From the NCBI GenBank assembly GCA_964016885.1, contig OZ024746.1, positions 19,344,001 to 19,408,000 of the forward strand: 64,000 bases of DNA, read 5' to 3'. Below the pieces are notes generated by a model that searched no databases, was not told the origin of the DNA, and worked only from the letters and a program-made list of their open reading frames with translations. Position 1 is the first letter of the stretch, and the number at the start of each line of letters is the position of its first letter. Source of the stretch: Eledone cirrhosa (Eukaryota). Positions 46,901 to 58,360 of this stretch are shown here, in pieces. Made by a program: the position numbers and the translations under genes.

Positions 46901-48580
46901 ACCAATGAAATATGTAGAGATATAGACAACCAATGAAATATGCAGATACAGATGACCAATGTAATATATAGTGATATATAGATGGCCAATGAAATATGCA
47001 GAGATATACTTACAGCTGCAGGAGCAGCAGAATAAGTTCTGACTGGAGACATTCCTGATGATAATCCACCCAATCCAGATGCAATAGCTTTGTTGTGTAT
47101 AGCACTTGCTGAGACAATCTGTGCTGAGGACATTGAAGCCATACTTTGGAGAGCTTTATCTTTGGCAGCTTGATCCTAATGAAAAGCAACATAATAAGCA
47201 TGGAAAGTAAAATAACAGCTCTTACTTGTATCTCTACTACAACAACAACAAAAAAAAAATGATAAATATTAAGACTTCATACTAGGCAATAAACTCAAAC
47301 TATTATGAGCGAAATTTCATTGCCATTTATAATTTTATATCTATTTTCCATGTCAGTAGATATGTGCAAACTTGGGTTCTGATATAATTTCCCTCTATTT
47401 TTAATTATCTTTGAAGTCTTAGAATTGAAATAGAAATAGACGCATCACTGTAACATTCACAATATAATATAGTCTAATAATAGGGAATATAAACCCACTG
47501 AATGGAAAAAGATTGGTCTTTGTTTACATATTAAGTCAGTTTCAAAAAACAATGGAAAAAGCTGGGTGGGTTCATTGGCATAATGGTAGCCTACTTGTCC
47601 AGCAAACGAGAGGTGTGGGTTTGTCTCCCATGTGTACTGATACCAATTTTTTCCCTTTTGCTGTTTATATACGCCCCATTATTATATTATATTATGTAGT
47701 CAATGTTATGGTGATGCTTCTATTTTTATTTCAATTCTAAAACTTTGCTCGCTGTATTTAATTCAATAAAATACTAGCTTTGTTGGGCACCTTTTCCTAA
47801 TTAGAGACAGTAATAGCGAAAAATGATGAAATTTGACAAAATAATTAATGCATACCTCAGTTGTTTTATACTTTATTTGTGAAATATCTTTATGGTAAAT
47901 TAAAGTATAGCATAAAATTGCTTTTAATACTTCAAATATAAACCATAAACCTCAAAACTAAATTTGAAAAGGTTAATTATTTGTAATTAAAATTACAATT
48001 TCAATTACATATAATTAAATGAATCAATTAACTTAGCTATTTCCTATTTTTAATATTATTTAAATATGTTTATTTTTATAACTAATGTATTCACTTATTG
48101 CTTAATAATAAATAAATTGACATAATAAAAAAAATTTCCAATTAACTTTTTCTCAAATCTTATTTATAATAATGCCTCCAATGTAATTAATTACCGTATA
48201 TATTTGTGTATAAACCAATCTGAATGTAACCCCCTCCCACATGTCTGAGCATAAAATCCAAACTTAGTGTATAAGCCGACACAACTAATCAAAAGATGTT
48301 TAGATAGCACAATTTCGTAAATTGTTTCAAGAATATTTTTATAATGTTTTAACATTTTGATATCTAAAATGTTTTTCAGTGTTGTTTAGAGTATAGTTTT
48401 TGTTTCACAATTCCATTACATAATGATTTTTTACCATTTCATCGGTTTTGTAAAGTTTTAATAAGTTTCTCGAATTTTGGTTTACTTCCTTTTAGCAGAC
48501 AACAATAGCGCCATCTTCTGAATGTAACAGGTTTTTATTTAACATATAAATCAAATGAAACATCTGTGTGTGTACACTAA

Positions 48581-48637
<57 letters not shown>

Positions 48638-49401
48638 AATATGCACATACACACACACACACACATATAAATATGCACACACACACAGACACATAAATAT
48701 GCACATACACACACACACATATAAATATGCACATACACACACACACACATAAATATGCACATACACGCACACACACATATATATATATATATATATGAGA
48801 AATAGGATTTCGCTTCAAGCATAGCTTTATACAATATGTATAAATATTTCGTATCTCCAAGGAAATACGGTTTTAGGAAGCTGTAGCTATGGAAACAGCG
48901 GCGGGGGGGGGGGGGGGGGGGGCTAACGCCCCCTGGTGATATGCTTGAAGCAAAATCCTATTTCTTTTTTATTATAAGTTGAGCCAACTTATGCAGCTTC
49001 ATATGCAAATGAGATTAATCACCTCATTTACACAGACGAGAAAAGTATATATTCTCGCCTGTCTTCTAGTCCAGCAGTAGCAAGCGGTGGGAGGGACCGT
49101 CCTGACGAAGGCCAGTTAAGCCTGAAATGCATAGTCGGTTGTCCCCCTTGCTTCTGCTGGACATTTACCAGAGGGCGTTAGCCCCCCCCCCCCCCGTGTT
49201 TGCATCAGTATTTCCTTGGAGATACGAAATATTTATACATACATACATACATACACATATATATATATATAGCCAGGAGTGCTATTAAGTTAGACATGGC
49301 CTGGGCCAATACTGGCTGAAAGTTATCAAAGTTATATATATGTTAAGTATTTCCATAGAAAAAGTAAAGGAAAGAAGAGTGCTCTATGTATTGTACAGAG
49401 C

Positions 49402-49434
<33 letters not shown>

Positions 49435-52203
49435 AGTTTATGTGGTTGTAAGTATATGTGCGTGTCAATGTTTCATTATATTTATAAAAGTAGGTTTGTA
49501 AGTTTTATATTTATTATAACAGTATTTCAGTATTGGACAAGATATATATAGAACTACAGGTACTTAAGTTTTGTTGGGTTATACACCCAACTCATTCAGT
49601 CTGAATGAGTTTGGGTGAATAACCCCAAAAAACGTAAGTACCTGTATGTGTAACTGTTGTAACTAATTATACTTAACTCATTCTATGGACTGAGTGCTCT
49701 TACCCTAGGATATTTCTACCAAACTTGTACTGCAGTATACACACACATATCTGTATATATATGTATCATCATCATCATCATTTCATTTTACGTCCACTTT
49801 TCCCTGCTTGCAAGGGTGGGACGGGAACTGATTCTGGCTTGATTTCTACAGCTGGATGCCCTTCCTAACACCAACCTCATTTACAGTGAGTGCTGGGTGC
49901 TTTTTTGCCGTGGCACCTCCACGACCACTTTGCAGTGGAATGATAGGGACCCCAGTCCCTATCATCTCATTTCTACAGCTGAGTAAACTGGAGCAATGTG
50001 AAATAAAGTGCCTTGCTCAAGGAAACAACACATCACCCGGTCTGAGAATTGAACTCACAATCTTTCGATTGCAAGGCCAATGCTCTAACCACTAAGCCAT
50101 GTGATACACACATATAACTACAGGGTATTGCCCTGACTTCAGTTCGTTTCCTTTACAACTTTCATAAAAGTACATATTTTGTAGATATATTTTCCGAATG
50201 TGTGCATTACAAATACGATGATAAAATTTAAAAAAATTAAATATTATCATTTTCCCTTTTCACTCATGGGAATTCCCATAAGTATCTCTATGTATCACTC
50301 CTGATATTTTGGTGCCTTTTTTATGTAGATGTTGAAGTTGGTGAAAATTGGCAAAATATTGATCTTGAGTATAAGCTCCCCCCCCCCCCCCCCCCCAATT
50401 GATTTTTCTCTCCCCCTCTCCACCCCACATATCCATCAACGTATACACAAGTATGTACGGTATATCTATTCATGCAACCAAATCTCTAGACAACCTTTTG
50501 GATAGTAAAATCTTTAAAATTCTTATTTTAGTATATTTAAAAAAATATTACTGTTATTGTCCAAAACTGACGACCCACTCCGCAGCGCTCACTATGATCA
50601 CTTCCTCTCCTATTTTCTCTCTCATATTCTCACTTCTTCATACTGCCACTCTGCAGCTCTCACTATGATCACTTCCTCTCCTATTTTCTCTCTCATATTC
50701 TCACTTCTTCATACTGCCACTCTGCAGCTCTCACTATGATCACTTCCTCTCCTATTCTCACTTCTTCATACTGCCACTCACCATTATCACAACAATATTG
50801 TTATAGAAATTGTATTTTAAACAATTGAAGGCAATATTGTCCACGTATATCAAGGAGAACATGGCTATGGTCCCATACCATGCCATACCATAGCCATGGA
50901 GATGCAGGGCTGCTGTAGTGGCATACAATGTTTTTTGAGCATTTTTTCAGCCTGGCAGAGCCTATCACCTCTCCAGGTCTGAATACAGAAGATTTCTTCC
51001 AGAGAAGGATAGAGAGTAAATGGAAGTGAGAAAGAGATATAGAGAAGAATTGACCCCAATATTAGACTGGTACTTTTCTTATCAATGTCAAAAGGATGAG
51101 AGGCAAGGTTGACCTTGGCAGGATTTGAACTCAGAGACCAGAGAGCTGAAACAAATACCATAAAGCATTCTCTCCGATGTTCTAATGACTCTGCCAATTT
51201 GCCACCTAAAGAAGACATCAAAGTAGCAAACTTTCTTATTCCACTATTTTATAACTTTAACATTTTTTTTTTATTAAATGTTTTAAAAATTACTTCATTA
51301 TTTTTTTTTATTTCCCTTTCATATTTCACTATTTATAAGTTTTGATCTTTCTTTAAAAGTTACCAAAAGAAAACACTGAACAATGCCATAGTATATACAT
51401 ACAAAGAGATGAGATAATGCATATATTATACAAAAAGATGAGGTAATGCATATATTATACAAACCAGGTGAAAAACCACACCCGGAGAGTGGTTTTTCAC
51501 CTGGTAACTATGATTAGAAAACTAAAGATGATAGCAATTCAATGACAAGTAAAATGATAACATGATGAAAGCAGATCCCCATTCTGTTATTCCTTAAATG
51601 CATTTTCCGTTTCCTCAAATAAATAAATATTAGATAAAGTAAAAAAAAAAAAATTCATTTGCTGTGCAAGGGAAGAAAACAATCAATATAAAACTATAAG
51701 CTGATGAAGTGGTGTGTTAATCATATATCCATTTAAAAAAAATCCTTTAACAATAGAAAGTGTGTAGAGCTATATAATTTAGAGAATAATCAGTAAAAGA
51801 AGGACAGTTATCTAAATATCCCAGAAAGGTGTTGCGTATGTGCCCTGCATATATCCATCTGCAACCTTGAAGTCAAAATATTGCAGCTAATGTAGAAAAC
51901 AAAAGATCACCAACATCTGAAAAACCAACTTATGTGAGCTTAAGTTTCTACTCACCAAACTTTAGAAAAGTTTTCCTCATCTTTCCATATTTCTATTTCA
52001 AGTCAAGGCAAATATATTTAAGATGTTTTAATTATTATAATATGACCAAATGATTTTAATTTTGATAATTATCATATGACTCTAAGAGCTGAATAAACAT
52101 ATGCTGCAAACAACCTAGTTTTTATATAGTGAGAATTAGAATTATGTTGAAAAATGATATGAATTTTCATTATTAAAAATATATATGAAAAAATATATGT
52201 ATA

Positions 52204-52251
<48 letters not shown>

Positions 52252-54105
52252 TATACATTACAAAAATAATAACATTTGGAGTGAAACAAAATGATTTATT
52301 AGAGAAGTAGTGAATGGCTAATGTGGAGAACATATGTTCCAATCCATGCCACCATAAGAAATGAATGTACAAATGTAAAACTTTTAGAAGCAGAATTGAG
52401 AGCTGGTACATGAGTTACATGTTGATATCTTTACTATAGATATTATATCATAGTCTTAGATTACATATCTGACTTTACCTGCTTCAGTCTATGTATCTGG
52501 AAGTTTAGCACTGAGAATAATAGGTAAACTGGTAGAATGCCAGAATGACTCAAAGACATTATTGTATAATTTGGTAGCATATTCTTCAGAGTTTGAGTAC
52601 TACATAGGTAGCTAAATGTGCTTTACTAGTATAGCAGAATCTTTAAGAACTATTGGATATCTTGTAACTGTAACTGCTCATAGATGGATGGATGGTCCTA
52701 TAACTTCTGAGGGGGTTGTATTGACATATGGCATTTCTAGGGCATTTGAAAATCTGATGGAGCCCATCTCCTCTCCAGGTCTGAACACAGTAGATTTCTT
52801 CCAAAGAAGGATAGAGAGGGAGAATGGAAGTGAGGAAGAATCGACTCCAGTACTTGACTGGTACTTTTTTTTTATCAACCTCGAATGGATGAAAGGCAAA
52901 GTTGACTTCTGTGGGATTTAAACTGAGAGAGTAGAGAACCAAAACCAAAACCACAAAGCATTTTATCCGACATTCTAATGATTCTGCCAATTTTCCGCCT
53001 TTAACCGCTCATGGACAACTTATTTTATGGTCAGTAAATCATGCAGTCATTTGACTGGATAAATTGTACTTTACAGTAATGATTGGAAATTTACAAGTAC
53101 CAGATGCTGTTAATAACAAAGGCCATGGAAGAGGTATATGAGGTGATGATAAAACTGTATTAACATGTATTATAAACATTGTTTGAGATTTTTGCTTTTG
53201 TATTGAAAAAAATATTTAAGGTAGATGATAAATAATAGAAGGTTGATCATAAATGCCTGTATAATCTGTCAGCCACCTATCTTTAAGCTATTCTACAGAT
53301 CATGGTGGAAGAAATCCCAAGGTTTAATCAATACAGCATATTATGATAGCATGAAATGGGGAAAAAAGGGAGTGGGGATTACAGCTCACATCTATGCATG
53401 TTTAGCTGGCTTCTTGCAAGGTTGCATCGCACAGGAGGACTCTCAGATGTTTTAATGATAGGGAGCTCAGTTTTATGAGGAAAAGCAACATACAATGAAG
53501 TGTCTTGCTCAAGAACACAATATACCATTCACCTGATATCTTGACAAATAGTATTATTGCATGTATATTGTGGAGGTGCATGGCCTAGTGGTAAAGGTGT
53601 TGGACTTATGATCATAATGTCATGAGTTCAACTCCTGAGCAAAACACTTCATTTCACATTGCTCCAGTATACTCAGCTGAAAATGAGTACCAGCAATAAC
53701 TGGGGGTTTAACCCTGTGATGGACTGGCATTCTGTCAAGGGGGAAGTCTTGTACTATCAGTCACTTCACCATGGAAACCGGAGTAAGCATCAGCCAGATG
53801 AGCCCTCGGATTCGAGACAGATTCCAGACTTTTTTTTTAGTATGTATATCACTAATTGGTCAAAATGTTGTGTTTTATTTATTGTGATGGTTAGTTAACA
53901 AAAGAGAAGGAACAGAACCAAAGAACTTTTAGGGACTATATGTAAAACATTAAACAATAAACTAAACTTACTTGTACTTTAAATTGTGCTTGGATCTCTT
54001 TTGCTTTCCGTCGAGCTAACACTTGTATGTGACTTGATACCTGTTTCCGTGTGCGCGTTTTCCCTGTACGCAATTTGATGTAACGTGCTATTAATTCATT
54101 TCGAC
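38322..54105 (-). CDS. TEAD1: TEAD/scalloped (TEF-1 family) transcription factor with TEA DNA-binding and YAP/Yorkie-binding domains; 5' exon(s) not in the window
   Basis: 10 exons join in frame, in transcript order: 54105-53972, 47175-47014, 44741-44707, 43736-43577, 43440-43378, 42362-42255, 40938-40880, 40126-40045, 39628-39476, 38435-38322 (TGA). Diagnostic peptides: [88 protein letters not shown]. The symbol denotes the family (invertebrate TEAD/sd ortholog). Confidence 0.96.
39476..39628 (-). CDS. TEAD1: TEAD exon (contains the palmitoylated-Cys motif SPMCEYM)
   Basis: [51 protein letters not shown]. Confidence 0.95.
40045..40126 (-). CDS. TEAD1: TEAD exon
   Basis: [27 protein letters not shown]. 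Confidence 0.95.
40880..40938 (-). CDS. TEAD1: TEAD exon
   Basis: [19 protein letters not shown](Q). Confidence 0.93.
42255..42362 (-). CDS. TEAD1: TEAD exon
   Basis: [36 protein letters not shown]. Confidence 0.95.
42500..43260 (-). mobile_element. Degenerate RTE-clade LINE fragment
   Basis: Minus strand [25 protein letters not shown]; purine-rich and frameshifted. Confidence 0.65.
43378..43440 (-). CDS. TEAD1: TEAD exon
   Basis: [21 protein letters not shown]. Confidence 0.94.
43577..43736 (-). CDS. TEAD1: TEAD exon
   Basis: [53 protein letters not shown]. Confidence 0.94.
43864..43938. repeat. (GT)n microsatellite
   Basis: Direct reading. Confidence 0.95.
44707..44741 (-). CDS. TEAD1: TEAD small exon (35 nt)
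   Basis: [11 protein letters not shown](D), cag/gtaagt flanks; supplies the phase 0 to 2 change needed for the next exon; resembles vertebrate FWPG..QDVKPF. Confidence 0.88.
46850..47008. repeat. ~30-bp minisatellite (~5 units) abutting a TEAD donor site
   Basis: Unit approximately gatgaccaatgaaatatgcagagatataca. Confidence 0.8.
47014..47175 (-). CDS. TEAD1: TEAD exon
   Basis: [54 protein letters not shown]. Confidence 0.94.
47414..47746. mobile_element. Fold-back element with ~115-bp imperfect inverted arms around a tRNA-like core
   Basis: ttagaattgaaatagaaatagacgcatcactgtaacatt.. versus ..aatgttatggtgatgcttctatttttatttcaattctaa; core tggcataatggtag..gggtttgtctccc. Confidence 0.7.
48798..49240 (+). 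mobile_element. Hammerhead-bearing non-coding retroelement (retrozyme or Penelope pLTR-like) with an inverted 5' segment
   Basis: Three interleaved inverted repeat pairs (one a perfect 33 bp), an internal hammerhead core, inserted in TA/CATA microsatellite. Confidence 0.7.
49095..49140 (+). ncRNA. Type I (minimal) hammerhead ribozyme motif
   Basis: gaccgtc-CTGACGA-AGGC(cagttaa)GCCT-GAAA-TGCA-TA^-gtcggtt; stem I extends through 49069-49162. Confidence 0.72.
49555..49646. repeat. 92-bp near-perfect palindrome with TA|CAGG..CCTG|TA ends (Tc1/mariner MITE-like)
   Basis: tacaggtacttaagtttt..cacccaactcattcag-t-ctgaatgagtttgggtg..aaaacgtaagtacctgta. Confidence 0.85.
50576..50780. repeat. 71-bp tandem repeat (~3 units, the last internally deleted)
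   Basis: cactcYgcagcKctcactatgatcacttcctctcc.. anchors at 50576, 50647 and 50718. Confidence 0.9.
50930..51206 (-). mobile_element. SINE A-like chimeric subfamily with a distinct tail
   Basis: Family A head and core joined to cctctccaggtctgaaYacag..agatttcttccaRagaaggatagagag; copies at ~52715-53000 and ~57990-58277. Confidence 0.7.
53572..53830 (+). mobile_element. tRNA-derived SINE family B, near full length
   Basis: A-box tggcctagtgg, B-box gagttcaactcc; body ctcagctgaaaatgagtaccagc..aaccctgtgatggactggcat. Confidence 0.75.
53972..54105 (-). CDS. TEAD1: TEAD exon (C-terminal part of the TEA domain)
   Basis: (G)[44 protein letters not shown]|gtaagt. Confidence 0.95.
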
Positions 54106-54283
54106 CTAAAAATAGAAGACGTATATCATCATCAGCAAGGGTTGGACATACCCTAAAAATATTGACAAAATCAGATTAAAATTTCACTATGAAACAAGAA
54201 ATGAAACACGAATAAGAAAAAGGAAAGCTTTATTAAAAGCAACTTCATCCATTCATTTCTTGCTTTTATTTTAGGAATAATTT

Positions 54284-54500
54284 GTTTCTACTTTTAGCAC
54301 AAAGCCAGCAATCTGAAGGAAGGGGAAAGTCAATTAAATTGACCCCAGTGCATTACTAGTATTTTATTTTATTGACCCTACAAGGATGGAAAGGCAAAGC
54401 TAACTTCAGTGGAATTTGAACTCAGAACGTAAAGGGTCGTAACTATATGCTGCAAAGCATGTTGTGTGACACTCTACCGATACTGCCAATCCAACACCCT
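54284..54500 (-). mobile_element. SINE family A copy
   Basis: Reverse complement of the 7822 element. Confidence 0.78.
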
Positions 54501-54689
54501 CATGTTATAAATAATGAAAACATTACAGCAATGTCTTAGATATGTGACAAGTTTGGTTGGTTACTGAAAGTAAATAAGGTATAAAGCCAACTTTTAGCAG
54601 CATTTCAACCAGCAGCTTAAAGTAAATAATGTTATTGAAAGAAGAGTGGTACCGAGGAGAGTAAAAATACTTTGTGTGTATGCATATGT

Positions 54690-55700
54690 ACTTTTTTTGC
54701 AGCTGTCATTCTTCATACACATCACATGTCCAAACCAATGCAACCTTCTCTCTTGTACACCACATCTAATCCGTGGGTTCAGCTATAAGAACTAGGTTAT
54801 CTACATACAGGAGTTCCCATGTGCAGCCAGTCTTCATATCCTCTATTATGGCCTGGCAGACTACAATAAATAGGAGCTAAGAATTGAGTTCTGGTAGCCA
54901 CCCACCTGCATACTGAATTCCTCACTATACTCATTGCAAATTCTCACTTTGATGACTGCCCCTAAGTACATGGCTTGTATAGCCCTCACAAGCGACTTCC
55001 TAGTTTCCTAAGAGCTCACCAAATTATAGAGCAAGACAATCAAAAGCTTTCTCCATATCAACGAATGTCAGGTCAAGGGGGCTTATTCTTGGCTTAATAC
55101 TTATCCTGCAGTTGTCTCAAAAGGAAGATGGCATCAATTGTACCTCTATCTGGCACAAAGCCAAATTATATCTCATCTAGGTTAACTCAATCACAGATCA
55201 GTTGCACTATGATACTTTTCTTAACTCTCATAACCTTGTCTATCAGTTTGATGCTACTATAGTTTCCATTATCTAGCACATCTCCCTTGCTCTTGTAGCA
55301 TTTGATGATGCTGCTATTATGCCAGTCATTGGGTATGGAATCATCCTGTATTACCCAATTTACAAAACATGTGGCTCACCATCCAAAATGCTTTCAGCAT
55401 CACAGCAACTATACCTGATGGTCCAGCTACCTAGCCTGATTCTATGGAACATCTAGAAAGAAATTCCAGTCATGGAAACAAAATCTAGACTAAAAAAGAC
55501 TTAAGGTAAACTTAGCAAAAACTAAAGTTCTAGTAAGTAGAAAAGAAGACAAAACCCTGTTGCCATCAGGGAAATGGTTGTGTACAATATGCAAAAAGGA
55601 AATTTCCATAGTTTCAGCTACTTGGGTGATTTAGTTAACAGTAGAGGGGGATGTTCTGAAAAGATAGTAGCTAGAATAAGAACAGGATTGAGTAATTCTC
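54690..55700. mobile_element. Degenerate RTE-clade LINE RT fragments in both orientations
   Basis: - strand ..GFVPDRGTIDAIFLLRQLQDKY..FVDMEKAFD; + strand LKVNLAKTKVLV. Confidence 0.7.
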
Positions 55701-56259
55701 ACCCTGAGCAAGGAGTAGATTGTATGATGTAGTGCAATATGCAGAGGATATGGAAAGGTAAAAAAAAAAAGAAAAAACATTGAGCATGCAGAAATGTTGG
55801 AAGTGTAATATTAGTATACACAGATAAGGCACACATGAGTGGAGATGTAAGAGGAATCAGATGTATATATAACGGAAGCACACATCAGGTATGTTATATT
55901 TTTAGAAAGGATTAAAACATTTTTTAATGGGAAATAGTGGGATTACATAAGGATCTGAATATATCAAACCTTAACATGATCTGATAATGGGAGGACTGAA
56001 TTTTAGGTGAAAAAAAGGGGTAATTTTCATTTTTTGCTTTTAAAAGCCCAGCAAAAATTGGTGAGTGTTTATAAGCTTGCACACTTTACGAGCCATTAAA
56101 TATGGTAATATAATAATAAAGATGACTTGTATATGTTGGTTGAAGTTGAAGCAACAAATAGTTTTATATTTTTCTATCATTTTTCATCACTCACTGATTA
56201 TTATACATTACCAATACATATTTTTCTACATCAGTATGAGGTGTGTGTGTGTTGGTGAC

Positions 56260-56495
56260 AATAAAAAGCACTCAGTCCACCATGTAAAGTGGTCGAGTTG
56301 GTAACACAAGAAAACAACCAGTCTACACTAAATATGGTTGGCATTAGGAAGGGCATCCAGCCGTTGGTAGAAACCAAGCCAGAAACAGTTTTTGTGAGCA
56401 TGACATGAGGGTCACCTGATCTGACATATTTCACAAAAAGGACAACTTGTCTAACCCATGCCAGCGTGGAAAATGGACGTTAAACAGTGATGATG
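56260..56495 (+). mobile_element. Short repeat with RTE-type 3' tail (ggcattaggaagggcatccagc..gtagaaacc)
   Basis: The same motif recurs at ~6700-7000, 10790-10980, 11270-11515, 23370-23560, 41440-41535, 46480-46745 and 49780-49920. Confidence 0.65.
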
Positions 56496-57530
56496 ATAAT
56501 TATTCCTGTGAAACATCCAACCTATCATTACACAACAAAAGCCACTTTAACATCAACCTGTATCAGCAGCAAACCATTTTGTTATTCAGCACAACATGTC
56601 GCCATATCGGTCTAATAGTTTACTTTCTTACAAATTTAATTTCCACACATATTTTCAGAGATTGTCTGGTTGACTGACAGAGCAAAGACAGAAGGAAAAA
56701 AAAAGGAAAGTGTTAATCATAATAAACTACTACCACCACCACCACTACTTCTTGCGTAGAGATCCCATACAAAAGGATATTTGAAATACATGATCCAAGC
56801 AAGGTAACATAAAGAAATCGGGTCCACTGAAGAGTGGCTAAAAAAAAGAAATTAGACATACTTTCAAACCCCACAACCCCCCACTCCCCCCTTACACAAA
56901 CAGGTGAGAGCGGAGTGTGTTACCCACCATCTCCACCCCGAACTATCATAAACTAAACTATCATTGAATGACTCATACATAAGGCTGCAATCATTAGAAA
57001 ACTTTACCTGAAGTAGCCAATTAGTCATTTCCCATTCCCATGTGTAAAAAAGCTTCACAGAAAGGTTACACCTCCCACCCCCACCCCACTTACCTTTCCC
57101 TACCCCACCCACTCTCAACTTACTTCTCCATATATTGTCAATGATTATAGCCCGAGTTGGTAGCAGTAATAACAAGATGAAGAAAGAAAGAAAGCAAGGG
57201 TTGTTTTGTGTTATCCAAAATTACTAATAGCAGCATACAGACAGTAGTTAATGGAGAGATAGACATAAAATACAGTATTTAGACTTACAGTGTTAAATAT
57301 AAGTTTTTGTGGTAGTTTTATTTCGGTGGATAGGATTACATGATCAGACACAAAGTACATTACATACAGTTTAATAAAACACATCATTAAGTGCATCATA
57401 TATTTATTTGTAACGATTGTTATAAGATATATTAATAATACTATAATAAAACCTCTCATACACACACATGTATTTCAGTACTTAACATCATTATCTCCGT
57501 CCCCGCCCTCCTTTTTCTCATTCACCCCTT

Positions 57531-57565
<35 letters not shown>

Positions 57566-58323
57566 CGCGTGCGTGTGTGTGTGTGTATACACACACACAC
57601 ACACACAGATATATGCATATATATCTATACATATATAATCAGTCATGACACACAATTAGATCAAAGTGCACTTGATGATATCTGCCTGCACCTGTGTATG
57701 TATACAAATGTTTTCATATTTGTTTATGGATTAGGTCATTTAAATAGCCATTTGTATTTAAGATTTATTTAAATAAATAAACTTCAGGGTACAAGTTTAA
57801 TTTGCCATTTGTTGTTTATAAAACTATTGTAACTTGCCCTTCACTGCTCTCAGTTGCCACCAAGTAACAAAGACATAAGCCCTACCTATTCTAGCACACG
57901 CAAACACGTATAAACAGAATTTTGATAAAAGAAAATTGCTATAGTTGGTAGGGCATCGTAAGGTCCCGTAACTCTTGAGGGAGTCATAGAGGGCGCCGTA
58001 GTGGCATACGGCGTTTCTAAAGCATATCCCTCTCCATGTCTGAACACAGCAGATTTCTTCCAAAGACAAGTAGAGAGCAAAAAAATAGAACTGAGAAAGA
58101 GATATAGAGAAAGAATTGACCCCAGTACTAGATTGGTACATGTTTTTTTTTTTCGACCTTGAAAGGATGAAAGACAAAATTGACCTCAGCGGTCCTTGAA
58201 CTCAGGATGCAGAGAGTCGGAACGAATACCGCAAAGCATTCTATCCAACATTCTAATAACTCTACCAATTCTCCGCATTTCAAAATGGTTACATAGTGTA
58301 AACATTTAGACTATTACCATAAG

Positions 58324-58360
<37 letters not shown>

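Noticed and set aside
53572-53645. tRNA-like sequence (also heads at 12931, 41820 and 47570)
   Set aside because: No complete cloverleaf, and each continues into repeat bodies. They are SINE heads or relics, not tRNA genes.
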